From NCBI RefSeq assembly GCF_009914755.1, contig NC_060931.1: a DNA stretch of 64,000 nt, one strand, 5' to 3'. The first letter of the stretch is position 1, and each line of letters begins with the position of its first letter. The notes under the pieces were generated by a model. It was not told the origin of the DNA and searched no databases. It saw nothing but the letters and a program-made list of their open reading frames with translations. Source of the stretch: the human T2T-CHM13v2.0 reference genome, Homo sapiens. This document shows positions 1 to 16,454 of this stretch, in pieces. The translations under genes were made by a program, and so were the position numbers.

Positions 1-224
1 AGGTATTTGTCAAAGTTTTTTTTAGTATTATGCTAATTTCAAATAATTTTTAGTTATGTTCAATGTTTTTCCTATTATTTTTATTAAGAAGCTGAAAGGG
101 GATGTTTTTAATAGTATCTAATGTTTAAATAGCCCAAATTTTATTTTCTTGTCTCTGCAATGTTCAGAAAAGTAGAACACATCATTATGCATGCAATGTA
201 ATCATCATCAGTATCACTGAAGCT

Positions 225-430
225 CACATTTACTGAGCAGGTAAAATATGTTTTACAGATACTAATTCAATCCTCACAATAACCCTTTCAGGCAACTACT
301 ATTTTCATCGCATTTTTCAGATTAAGCTATAAACTGAGGTACTGAGGTAAAGTGCCAAAAATTACACATCTATTACCTTATAGAGCCAGACTTTAACGCA
401 AGCATTTTGATTCCACAGCCCAATAGTTAA
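225..430 (-). mobile_element. MIR SINE fragment
   Basis: MIR-like core 'aatcctcacaataaccct...catttttcaga...aaactgagg'; boundaries approximate. Confidence 0.55.
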
Positions 431-2649
431 ATGTATCACAATCATTTTACTCAATGTGTAATAGAAGGAAGTTCCTTGACTAATATATTGATTATTGAAA
501 CAATTTACAAAAGTATACAAACAGTAAACATTATGCACACATTTAGAGAGAGAGTGGGAGAGTTCAAACTTTTCCGAAAGTCACAGATGTTGAAACTTGA
601 CTTGATTCATAGCCAACGTTATATTTTTTCAATTGCCCGGTTGTTTGTCTAACCTAGCATCCCTGTAAAGCCACTGTCATAGGAACCACTGTGAAAGGTG
701 TTATCCAAACGCATCAATGGGTTTATAATGCTCTCAGTGTTTACTTAAAAATGATAAACAAATTTGATTCCATAAGTACGATCTCATCTGTTAATATTTC
801 ACTTTTAGTGGTCTTTATAGGGGCACATTTATTGCTTGAGTATTTGTGAAATAATATATTGCATGTAAGTTAAAGTGTCGTCTACTGTGCATATTGCTTC
901 AAAGACATCAAATGCTGCTTGTGTGTATGTGAAACACATCTGGGATTTATTGATAGTTTTTTTTTTTTTTCAGGTAACTGTCATCCTATATGCTGTTCTA
1001 CTTATTTTTATTGATAGATTCTGAGGTTAAAATAAAATAAAATCTGTTTACTATTTAGAACATGGTTCAATGAATGAATATATTATTCTGTTGTATTTTA
1101 ATGTAATCAGCCAAAAACTACAAGTCAAAAAGTGTTTGCTCGTGGGGTATTGTTTTGCTTCTAAATTTCCCAGTAATCTAGATACAGGCAATAGGCAGCT
1201 GTAATAAAAATTAATAGTAAAAGATAGTTTTCAGAGTTGAACTAACTAGGACACTGTATTTGGGTTGACTTTCACACCAGGTCCCTGGAGGCGGGACTTC
1301 CACAGAATAGATGATCTACAATAAAAGTCTTTAGAGTATTCTTGCTAGTGACAGTACAAGGAGATGCTTTAATAAACCCTTGAAATCAAATTTTTTTGGC
1401 TTGGACAATAAGCAGTTGTAAAAAACTGGGCAAATCATTGAGTATTTTAAAACCTTCATGATTCTTTTAAATCTTAGTTTCTTATTTATATAATGGTAAT
1501 AAAACTGAAAGGCAGGTGTAAAGATGTAATGAAATCATACATGTGAAATGCCTAGCCAAATGTTATTTCCTGGAAATTAGGAAATATTCCACATCCTGGA
1601 AATTCCCAAATGTTCAATATCCTGCAAATTAAGAGTTGGGGTATTAAAATAAAGATCACAATATTAGCTGCCGTTGCTTGAGCTTAAATTATTGCTCTGT
1701 TCTTTCTTAGCTGTGTGACCTCAGGATTTTATAGCCCTCAGAAGAGTGTTCAATAAGATCAACACCCAACAATGTCACTACTTCTCTGCATTTTACTCAT
1801 TACCAACAAACCCATCCCAACATCTCCTGTCCTTCTCCCTGTCCTCTCGCCAGTTTTTTCTTCTTCTCCCTTTCCAGAACAGCAACAAAAAGATACAAAC
1901 TAAAACACAGAAAATTGCCCTATTCCCCCAAACACAGTCCAACCCTGGCACTTGTGCCTTATCAACAAAAGTTGTGCAATTGTAATCTCCTGTAATTCAT
2001 TCTCTTCTGGCCAGATGTTTTATTTGGTGTCACCACTGGACAGATCAAGTAAAAACAATACTTACAATCCAGGCTGATGGCCTAGGAAACAAACATCACA
2101 TGACTTACAATTAGAGAGTTTAACAATTGGAAAACTGATGCCAACTTGTAAAGAAATGCATACCTACTGAATACTACTTGACAATACATTCTTTAAAACA
2201 AATCTTTCCAAATCTGTCCACTTCAGCTTCAGCTTTTATTTTTCAAAGCACAATATTCTTACACATAACCTTGAAAAAGAAAAGATGGGCCACAGTATCT
2301 GCTTACTTAAGAGAAGTTAAATGGTGCATGTAACATCTCCGTTACACAGTATACAACAGTGACTGACTTTAGCCTTTAAATTACATTTATCATTTGTTTT
2401 GACTGCAAAGTGATCTATACTTATTTACGGTGGTTTACAGCAGATTACGCCCTTCAGTTTTTAACTAACACCAAAAAATAAAGACATTGCAGTAAAACAA
2501 AGAACGCCTCCATTAGCCAAATACCAAAGAGAGAGTTAGCCTACAACTTCTAGCATTACAAACATTTACAGAGAACATAACGCTAAAAGGTGACTGCTGG
2601 ATTTTTCCATTACTTGCTCTCTTTCTTTCTTCATACTTATTGGAAAAAG

Positions 2650-2882
2650 TGTAAGCTTTGATTCAGCTTGTGTAAGTACAAATCCCAGCTCCGTTGCTTA
2701 ATAATTTTGTGGCCGTTGGCTAAATAACCTGTCTATGCCTCAGATTCCTTATCTATAAAACGGAAATAGCAATTATAGTAACTTTCTGAGAAAACTGTGT
2801 AGAGGATTAAATGAGACAATACATGTAAAGTTTTTAAACAATAATTGAGATACAGTAAGTGCTCAATAGATGTTAGTTATTA
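2650..2882 (+). mobile_element. MIR SINE
   Basis: 'aatcccagctcc...gcctcagattccttatctataaaacgg...aggattaaatgaga...gtaagtgctcaata' matches the MIR consensus. Confidence 0.75.
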
Positions 2883-4374
2883 ACACCTTAAATAATAGTT
2901 CTTTTAAAAAATGTGTGCTGTCTATTCAACACGGAAACTTACCTACCTTGCAAGGGCAAGAGAAGAGCAATGAATTTAACCACCAGGAAACGTCAACAAT
3001 GTAATTCTTGGTACTCTTCACCAAAAGTTCAATTAGTTCTCTATTCTAAAGTCATAACGGAGTGGCAGGAGTCAAATGAATAACTCAGAAAGATCCCTCT
3101 GGTGGTATTTGAACAACAATATGAAATAAATCTCATAAATAAATATAAAATTATGTCAACAATAAAAAAGAAAGATGATGAGCATCTAAATGCAGACAGC
3201 AGCCTTAATTATGGAAAGAATGGGAGAAATATGAGAAGAATAAAAGGGACAGACTACACAAGTATATCACTAATATAACATGGGTGGTACCAAATAAATT
3301 CAATTATATTGTTATTTTTAAAGCTTTCCAGAGCAGGAACCCATCTTATTTGCTCTAGTGCATTAATTCATACAATAATAATTATTAGTCCAAAATGTAT
3401 CTCAATTCACACTTTTTGAAGACTTATCATATGTTGCATTACAGAGGGTGCAAAGGATGCTTACAGCTGGTAAAATATGATTAGCTTTATTAGTATATCA
3501 GGCTAAACTACCCATAAGTTAATCAATATATTTATGCTAATTGCTAATTTTCATGTCTTGCAACAAAGGTGCAAATTGTGGCATCATCTGACCTTCAAGG
3601 CACACATAATACCAGTGATGCTTTTTTTTTTCTTACTAAGTTGTGTAACTGCTAAAATTAATTGTACCCCAGGGCTATTATATTATTCATGAATTGTCAC
3701 CCAAATGAATGACAATGTTTGAGAGGGAGTGGAAGAATAGGGATTTAGATGTGTTCTCAGTGAATGCTGCCAGCTACATGACAACTGACATAATACCCAA
3801 TTACAAGATCACTAATTAAAGCTATCAAACCAAGCCTGTGCAATTTTTGCCCATCACTAGGATTTTCAACTTTAGCTTCTGAATTTTCCTTCAACAATTA
3901 GAAAAAAATCCTTTTCTAAGTGGTTTTTCCCAATACTCTGAAACTAGGATTTATCATTTGATGAGTCAGAAAATATTGTAATTTTGCTATGCCCAATTCT
4001 AACATGTAACGACATAGCAACAATATGCTTTGATTTTATTTTTCCTGTTTCAGAACTCAAAAAGAGCTAAGAAAGTCAGATACATGTTTCCTCTTTTAAG
4101 ACTGAAGCAATGAAAGTGAAATCTCTAAAGTCTGATTTCATGAGGAATGCAAGGACATATTATGGAGGAAAGAGCCTTACCAGTATACTACTTATTATCT
4201 TCTTTATTGGAAAAAAAATTAGTTAAAAGTATAGCTTTGTATCTATTTTGTTCAGAAACTAGATAAACATGATGGCTCAAGTTTTTCCGTATGCAAAGTA
4301 GAGTCAACTTTTATTCCACAAGATAATATTCAGTGAATATCTTAATCATTTGGATGAAAATTTTAGAAATGTGT

Positions 4375-4488
4375 ATAAAAATATATATACATATACAGCA
4401 TCATATATATTTACTTTAGTACATATATAGATATACATATTATATATTGTGTGTATATGTATATATTTGTGTGTGTGTGTGTGTGTGT
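4375..4488. repeat. (TA)n/(TG)n compound microsatellite
   Basis: Directly visible dinucleotide runs. Confidence 0.85.
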
Positions 4489-4534
4489 AAGGTTTTCACC
4501 AAAGAGACCTACAAATTTGTTGAATATTATCTTT

Positions 4535-4925
4535 GGTTAAAAAAAAATTAGAAAAATTAAATTTAACAGAGATTCACTGAGCAAAAAACAATTTGAAAAT
4601 GGGGCAGCCCACGGAACCAGAATAGGCTCAAAGTGACTCCAGGGTTGCCACATGATTGGATGACATTTACAGACGGAAAAAGGAAAGTAACATACACAAA
4701 GTGGGAGCAATGTACAGAAACATCTGGATTGGCTACATCTGGGTGTTTGCCTTAGTTGAGCCTGGTTTATACAGTTGGCTGCCTGTAGTTGACTGAAGTT
4801 CAGCTGCTGTGATTGGCTGAGGCTCAGCTACTTGTGACAAGAGTAGGTTGCAATCTGTTTACACATCAAGTTGGGTTACAGTTTATTGTGTATTGAAAAA
4901 CCTTTTGGCCAAGCGTAATTTAACA
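4535..4925 (-). mobile_element. 3' LTR, MER57-like
   Basis: Aligns with 18465-18857 ('gaaccagaatagg', 'aaaaggaaagt', 'gtgattggctgaggctc'); ends in ...atttaaca; purine-rich tract on the minus strand next to it. Confidence 0.8.
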
Positions 4926-5514
4926 ATTTCCCATTTTGTCAACTTCTTAATTGAAAAAGATTAAAGAAAACCTTAGGCATTGATGTCACCATTGTAAATG
5001 GACTTATTTAGTCTCAAATCGCTTTGGAGAATGGCAGAACAATGGGTTTCGTAGGTGGGAACAAGGAAACCGAACAGCAGGAAAAAACGCTGGGGAGCAT
5101 CAGGTCTCTTCAGATTTCTTTTTTGTAAGAGAGCAGAGGAGGCTTCCTTACTATCCTAAAATCTGTTTGAGAGAGGAAAACAAAAATGGGCCTGTTTTGA
5201 GATTTATTTCCTTAAAGTTTTATTTTATGATGTGGCACTTAGCGTGAGTGACTTCATTTTCATTTGGTCTAGTCTGTTGGGGCCTAGTGCAGCAGCTCAG
5301 TCCAAAATAATGACCTCCAATAATTTTGTTTAAAAATTTCTCCCTTTTGATCAGGATCTCATCTAGGTGAGAGTGATCAAAACTTAGGGCATTAGCACTA
5401 GTCTCAGTTACCATCATTTTAGCTTGCCAGTCTCACTATGTCATTCATAGGTTATGGTCTCCTCATGAACGCACATTTCTTTAACTTTTTATCTTCCAAT
5501 CAAAGAATGTCTAT

Positions 5515-6274
5515 TTAACATTCTACAGATGGCTGCATGCAAACATTTAAAACTTTTGAGAGAATACAGTGCACCAGAGAGACTATTATTATAACTATCA
5601 GAAGGACAATACCAAATATGCTGCTTAGCCAGGCTCCCCATAAACCAAACCAACTAAAATGAAATAGATGAAAGAATGTGCCAGATGAAAAGTCTACCCA
5701 TTTTAACCAAGCAGCCTGTTTGTTAATCCCTTGCAACCAGGTCTCTAATACCTGATGTATTCCTCCATGTGTAACAAGAAGTCTGAGCAATTGCAGATTC
5801 TTTCCTGTTCAGCTAACAGGTAATTTAGAGCAATTCTATTATTTAGTACAACTTTAACAAGAGAATGTAAAGAAGTCTGCTCTGCAATTATAGCCTTTGC
5901 AGTAGAATCTGCTATAGAACCTATTATGAAGGATACATCTCTAATTATTGCCTCACTTATTATATATTTACTCCAAGCCATGGAAAAGGAGGCCTGACAA
6001 ATGATGCCTATCCGGAAGGGTGAAGACCTCCTGACAATGTTCTCTTTAATGTATGATGTAAGATAAGAGGAGTGGACCAGTACTCTGTTTCTACTGATTT
6101 GGAGCAGCAGAGATGAATTTGAAACCCACATTGACCCTTCATCTTCAATCCAACAAGACATAACGTTGCCCATGGATTAGATGGGCTGTGAAATCCTCCA
6201 TAAATAAAAGTATAACCCTTGAGTGGACACAAAGACCTATTGCTCACATATACGTTATAACAGCTTCTGGCCAA
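5515..6274 (-). pseudogene. env: Frameshifted ERV envelope remnant (SU/TM boundary, immunosuppressive domain, transmembrane helix)
   Basis: Overlapping ORFs give HTLKR (degenerate furin-like site), VLNNRIALNYLLAEQERIC (ISD/CKS-17-like) and GIVLLIVIIIVSLVHCIL (TM anchor) in the expected order. Confidence 0.8.
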
Positions 6275-6626
6275 GAGTCTGAGACAGAATTATTACAGGT
6301 TAAAATAACATTGTGGTATCATGGCATATAGCTAATTTGCAAAAAAAAAACTCCATTTAAGTAAGTCTGTTTTGTGATATACTCATTGGTCCTGGCTCTG
6401 CATACCATTAAAACAGAGAATGCCAACAAGTTGGTTGAGAAATCTTACCACTGGTACAATTCAAACAACAGTTACATTAAGGATGTTACTAAAGTAACCC
6501 ACAAAGTAAATTACAGGATCCCTTAAGTCATATAAAGACCTGGGTTTGATATGACATATTCAACACTCTGTCAAGTTACTCACAGATATTACTGATTGTG
6601 AAATTTTAATTACAGCATTCTTCTGC

Positions 6627-9096
6627 TGCTTTGGTTTTGATGTTTGTCTCCCTTCAAATCTCATATTGAAATTTAATCCCCAACTTTAGAGGTGCGCTTA
6701 ATGGGAGGCGTTTGGGTCATAGGAGTGGATCCCTCATGAATAGATTAATGTCCTCTTGGAGGGTGTGAGAGGGAGAAATGTGATTGAGTTCTTGCTCTAT
6801 TGTTCTCATGAGTTCTGGTTGTTAAAAACAAAAAGAAAACTAAAGAAAAAAAAAAAAAAGCCTGGCATCTCCCCTCTACCTCTCTCCAGCAACCCCTCTT
6901 GCCATGTGATCCCTGCAGATGCTCTACTTCACTTCCTACCATGAATGGAAGCAGCTTGAGGCCTTCACCAGGAACAGATGCTGCTGTCAAGCTTTCTCTC
7001 CAGCCTACAGAACTGTGAATCAAATAAACCCTTTTTGTTTATAAATTACTCAGTCTTGGGTATTTTTTATAGCAACACAAAATGGACCAAGACAGAAAAT
7101 TGATACCTGTAGTGGGGTATTTAAATAAAGATACCTGAAAATGTGGAAGCAGCTTTAGAACTGGGTAATGGGCAGAGGTTGGAAGAGCTCGGAGGGCTCA
7201 GAAGAAAAGAGAAAGTTTGGCACTTCTTAGAGATTGGGTAAGTGGTTGTGACCAAAGTGGTGATAGAAATATAGATGGTAAAGAGAATGCTGAGAAGATC
7301 TCAGATAGAAATGAGAAAACGGGAACTGGAGCAAAGGTCAACCTCTTATGCCATCACAAAGAACTTGACTGCATTGTGTCCATGCTCTAGACCTTGTGGA
7401 AGGCTGTGATGACCCAGGGTGTCTGGCAGATGACATTTCTAAGCAGCAAAGTGTTCAAGAAGTGGTGTGGCTGCTTTTTACAGCTTCCAGTTAGATATGG
7501 TAGCAAAGAAATGTGTTAAAGGTGAAATTTACAATTAAAAGCAAAGCAGAGCGAAAAAAATTTTGGAAAATTTGCAGCCTGGCCATGTGGTAAAGAAGAA
7601 AATGTCATCTTCAAGAGAAGCATCCAAGGGTGCTGTAGAGCAACCATTTTCTAAAGAGGTTACTGTGGATAAAAGGGAGCCAGGTGCTAATAATCAAGAC
7701 GGGGGAAAAAGGCCCCAAAGGCATTTCAGAAATCTTCTGAATTCTGAAGGCCACCCCTTCTATCACAGGCCCAAAGGCCTAGGAGTACAGAAGATATTCC
7801 TGGGACAGGTCTGGGACACTACTGCCCTGTGTCACCTCAGATGCTGCTCCTGCATCCCAACAACTCTGGCTCCAGCCACAACTTGGACAGCCTCAGCTAC
7901 TGCTCTGGCTGACACTCTGGAGAATGCAAGCAGTAGCCTTGGCAGCAACCATGTGGTGCAGAGTCTTCAGGTGCCCAGAATGCAAGAGCCATTCTTGCAT
8001 TGGCTTGGTGGCTTAAGGGATAGATATATTGAAAAACCTGGATACACTGGAAGAAGGCTGCTGCCACATCAGAGCAACCAAAGAGAGTCCCAACTAGGGC
8101 AGTGCCTAGTAGGGTAATAGGAGCAGTACTGCCACCCTTCAGATCCCAGAATTATAGAACCACTGCCAGCATAAAACCCTAGCCTAGGAAAGCTGTAGGC
8201 ACCAGGCTCCAAACCATTAGAACAGCCACATAGACTACACCCAGCAAAGGTAGGTGCAGGGCTGCCAGAAGCCTTAAAAACCTACCCCGCATACCAGTAT
8301 GCCCAAGATGCAGGACGCGAAGTCAGTGAAGATTATTTTGGAGCTTTACAATTTAATGTCTGCCCTGCTAATTTCTGGACTTGTGTGGGGCCTTGTTACA
8401 CCTTTCTTTTGGCTGATTTCTCTGTTTCAAGATAGAAATGTTTATTCAATGCCTGTACAACCATTATATCTTAGTAGTAAATAGCTTGCTTTCTATTTTC
8501 CAGGCTGGTAGCAGGAAGAAACTTGCATAGAGTCTCAGATAAGACTTTGGACTTAGAGTTACTTACAGAACAAGTTAAGACTTTTGGGGACTATTGGGAA
8601 AGGCTGATTGCATTTTGCAATGTGAGAAAGGCATGAGATTTAGGGGTCAAGGAGCAGAATGCTACAGTTTAGATGTTTGTCCCCTTCAAATCTCATATTG
8701 AAATTTGATCCTCAGTGTAGGAGATGGGGTCTAATAGGAAGTGTTTGGGTCATGGGGGTGGATCACTCATGAATAGATTAAGGTCCTCTTTGGAGGGGAG
8801 GGGGTGAGTAACTTCTCACTCTGTTCGTTCCTGTGAGAGCTGGTTGTTACAAAGAGCCTGGCACTTCCCCTCTTCCTCTCTTTTGCTTACTCTCTCACCA
8901 TGCAATCTCTGCACATGATTCCCCTTCACCTTCTGCCATGAGTGGAAGCAGCCTGAGGCCCTCACCAGGAGCAGATGCTGGTGCCATGCTTCCTGTACAG
9001 CCTATAGAACCATGCATGAGCCAAATAAAACTTCTTTCTTTACTTATTACCAAGTATCAGGTATGTCTCTATAGCAACACTAAATGAACTAAGATA
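6627..9096 (+). mobile_element. Complete MaLR provirus, MSTB-like (LTR 6627-7094, internal 7095-8659, LTR 8660-9096)
   Basis: Two homologous MST LTRs (tgct...aagaca/aagata), a typical MaLR internal region, and a 5-bp TSD tctgc/cctgc. Confidence 0.9.
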
Positions 9097-9768
9097 CCTG
9101 CCAAGCAAAAGAGGTAGGCATAAGCAAAAAATTAAAAATTAAGAGAACTAAGAGTTTCATGATAGCAGAGAAGTCTTGATTCATGATCTTGGGACAGCTC
9201 CTCATGCCTAAGCTGCCTCTGTTTCTGGAAACTTCCCTGACTAGCTTTATCGTAAGGTCTCCAGTGAGTGTACAGTTCCAAGAGTCTGCAGAGGGCCTTT
9301 TGACTTGTGAGATGTGCACTGAAGGTTTGAGGCCCTGATATTTTGCTGCAGTGTGGATGGCAGGAGCAGTCTTTCTCTGAATATGTTATTAGATGACCCA
9401 GTCTCTGGGTTCTAGATCATGAAGAGCTTATTTTCCTCAGTTGGTGGATCAGGAAAAGCGTTCCTTACCTTGTGAAAGCACACATTAGTATAATGTATTA
9501 AAGCCTTGTAGCATTTCGTGATTTTAGCGTTTAGGAGAGCAGGAAATACATGAGGTTCTATTATTAGAAACATGGGCCTTTCAGTGACTATGTCATAAGC
9601 GGTCAACTTACATGTTCTGGCATTCTTGGGAGGAGCCAAGACGGCCGAATAGGACCAGCTCCGGTCTACAGCTCCCAGCGTGAGCGACGCAGAAGACGGG
9701 TGATTTCTGCATTTCCATCTGAGGTACCGGGTTCATCTCACTAGGGAGTGCCAGACAGTGGGCGCAGG

Positions 9769-10077
9769 TCAGTGGGTGCGCTCACCGTGCGCGAGCCGAA
9801 GCAGGGCGAGGCATTGCCTCACTTGGGAAGCGCAAGGGGCCAGGGAGTTCCCTTTCCCAGTCAAAGAAAGGGGTGACGGACAGCACCTGGAGAATCGGGT
9901 CACTCCCACCCGAATACTGCGCTTTTCCGACAGGCTTAAAAAACGGCGCACCACGAGATTATATCCCGCACCTGGCTCGGAGGGTCCTACGCCCACGGAG
10001 TCTCGCTGATTGCTAGCACAGCAGTCTGACATCAAACCGCAAGGCAGCAGCGAGGCTGGGGGAGGGGCACACGCCAT
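9769..10077 (-). CDS. ORF0: L1 antisense ORF0 (102 aa, open)
   Basis: MACAPPPASLLPCGLMSDCCASNQRDSVGVGPSEPG... is homologous to primate L1 ORF0; ATG at 10077. Confidence 0.7.
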   Translation of the reverse strand: MACAPPPASLLPCGLMSDCCASNQRDSVGVGPSEPGAGYNLVVRRFLSLSEKRSIRVGVTRFSRCCPSPLSLTGKGNSLAPCASQVRQCLALLRLAHGERTH

Positions 10078-10524
10078 TGCCCAGGCTTGATTAGGTAAAC
10101 AAAGCAGCTGGGAAGCTGGAACTGGGTGGAGCCCACCACAGCTCAAGGAGCCCTGCCTGCCTCTGTAGGCTCCACCTCTGGGGGCAGGGCACAGACAACC
10201 AAAAGACAGCAGTAACCTCTGCAGACTTAAATGTCCCCGTCTGAGGGCTTTGAAGAGAGCAGTGGTTCTCCCAGCACGCAGCTGGAGATCTGAGAACCGG
10301 CAGACTACCTCCTCAAGTGGCTCCCTGACCCCCGAGCAGCCTAACTGGGAGGCACCCCCCAGCAGGGGCAGACTGACACCTCACACGGCAGGGTATTCCA
10401 ACAGACCTGCAGCTGAGGGTCCTGTCTGTTAGAAGGAAAACTAACAAACAGAAAGGACATCCACACCAAAAACCCATCTGTACATCACCATCATCAAAGA
10501 CCAAAAGTAGATAAAACCACAAAG

Positions 10525-13783
<3,259 letters not shown>

Positions 13784-16454
13784 ACAATGAGATCACATGG
13801 ACACAGGAAGGGGAATATCACACTCTGGGGACTGTGGTGGGGTGGGGGGAGGGGGGAGGGATAGCATCGGGAGATATACCTAATGCTAGATGACGAGTTA
13901 GTGGGTGCAGTGCACCAGCATGGCACATGTATACATATGTAACTAACCTGCACAATGTGCACATGTACCCTAAAACTTAAAGTATAATAAAAAAAAAAGA
14001 AAAAAAAAAAAAAACTTACACGTTCTACTGAAAGTGGATCTTATTGTCATCAATCTGAAGTACCTTTGACCAAGACAATCTAGTTGATTCAGTTAGTGTT
14101 ACCTAATGCTATTCTATCTGTAATATCTTGTTTCTTTTCCAACTTGTCCAGTAAAATAAGTACCTCTGTTGTTGGAAATTTCTCCAAGAATATCCCATGA
14201 GGGAAGCACATTTTCTAATAACAGTTTTAATTATTGTTATACCATCAGCCTTCTTTCATGGAAAAGCTTCTATCTAACCAGAAAACATGGATTGAAAATC
14301 ACAATTGAAAAAAATTCCTCTATAAATGTTCAAACAGATCATTAGGCAGCAGAAATGTACCTGAACTTGTGAATGTCTTCACAAAATGAAGGGTTTGAGT
14401 AACCAAACGTTAGTCATAGTAATTTTGCCAATTTTAGAACAGTCACCACACCATATTTTTTAATGTAATTTGGATCATTTTGTCTCTTTATGATGAGTCA
14501 TCATGAAGTGCATAGTTTTTAATAATGGAAGCTTTAAGTACTCAGAAGGGACCAGGTGGCTGTCCAGGCTCTCCATGAGTCCATGCTTAACACTGGATTT
14601 ACACTCTCTAAAATATCAACATTGTTTCTGTAATTCAGGTTCATAGCACTGTTTATTAAATGGGTTAACACAGGTAATTTGACTTGATCACGAAGTTCAC
14701 TCAAATTGCCTGTCTTAGCAATTTTAGTACTGGCTGACTTAGCATGAAAATCTGCCACAGTATTTCCTTGGTAATTAATTAGTTCTTATACTGCTTGAGT
14801 TAGCAGTTTTATGAGCCAGTCAGTCTTCCTCATTAGAGTTCTGGGAGTTCTTACTGAGTCCAGTGGTATGAACTTAAGGTTATCAGCAACCTGTGCTTGT
14901 CAGAGTCATTTCCAGTCTCTCCATGAACCTCCTTGAAGACATAACACTTTAAGATCGTAATTGTTTATAAAGAGCTTTCAGAAAAAACATCGGAATTAAC
15001 AATTAACTACAGACAACAAGACTTGAAATGGTTATGGTTAAAAAGGCATTTGGCAAGGAAATTTGGTTATTTGTATGGCCCACAGTAATTTAATGTAATA
15101 AAAATAATTATGACTGATAACATATCCTGAGCTTATACAATTTTGGAACATGTATTAATAACATATCTATACAACTATAACTCAAACCAAAAAGGTTAAG
15201 TATCATTTCTTATTTGATAATACTTTCCATTTAAGTTAACATAGCATATAAATGGTTTTCATATATCTCTTTTGGATGCTCCCGGGGCCCTCTGGAACAT
15301 CTCAAAGTTAGTTTGAGATCAAAAAGACTTAATTTTGATTTTAAAATTTGATTTTTGGAAGTCTACCAAATATATTAAGGGTTTAAAATACCTAACCAAA
15401 ATAGGATCACATGTCACCGAAAATAATAGTCATTTAACCAAAGTGATAATTAAAACATCTTAAAAAATAAAAACTTTTACTCTTTGATAAAGAGGAGACT
15501 CGGTTTTCCAAATAATCAAAAGACCTAATAAAGTCAGAATAAGGCACAGAATATTTGTTTCTCTTTCTCTTTTATTCTCTCTCTCTCTCTCCGTTTTTGC
15601 AGTTTACTCAAAAGGTGAATAAAAATCTTTTATTATCTCTTATTAATACAACACAAAAATCTTGCTTAAAACAGAAAGCTAAATTTTATTTTCACCCTAA
15701 TTTTCTTTTGATATTAAGGCTCAGTTTTTAAAACTCTTACAATGAATTTATTTATCCTTAGTTTAGCCACACAATATTTTTAACTTTTTTTCCTTTTTTA
15801 AACTTTCTATGTCCATTCAGTTTTATCTATATCATTTTTTATTTGTTTATTTTGAAGCAATGTTTAAATAATGTCTGAGATAAAATTACTTTAAAAGAAA
15901 ATACACTTTTATATCTCCTTTATAACCTTTCTCACCAAAAACATATTTTTCCTTTTTTATTATATATTTTGCATAGAGAATTGTTACCCTTATTTTTAGT
16001 AGTTTTAATTGTATACATTAATTACAATTTTAACTCTTAGTAACTAATTTCCAGTGAAGAACCTAGAAAATAAGCAATTTGAACTGTTTTGTAACAGTAT
16101 TTGTAGATGAAAGCTATTACATAATTTTGAGAAATATATGTTTAATCAGTGTTTTATGTTGATTAATAAACCCAAATATATTTAGCTTCTCTATATCATA
16201 TAAAAAATGTTAAAATATATAAACTTAAAGTTATTCTTAATAATTAATGTTTCAGTATTTTAACTTACTTAGAAATGACTTAGATATTTAATGAGTATTA
16301 CTTAATTTAACATGACTTTAAGATTTTAAATTACTGAAAAATATTTTTGAAACCATGACAAGTTCATTTATAAACTTTTATGCCATTTACACTCAGATAA
16401 TTTACTCATTCCTAAGAATTATGCATGGATTGCTCATTAAACTAAGCTAGTCAT

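Noticed and set aside
957-979. Plus-strand T14-CAG|GTAACT resembling a recursive splice site
   Set aside because: Single motif with an imperfect donor; the transcribed strand is unknown and such motifs arise by chance next to polyT runs
7563-8117. 184-aa ORF
   Set aside because: Starts at TTG and lies within the MST internal region; a decayed MaLR ORF remnant, not a cellular gene
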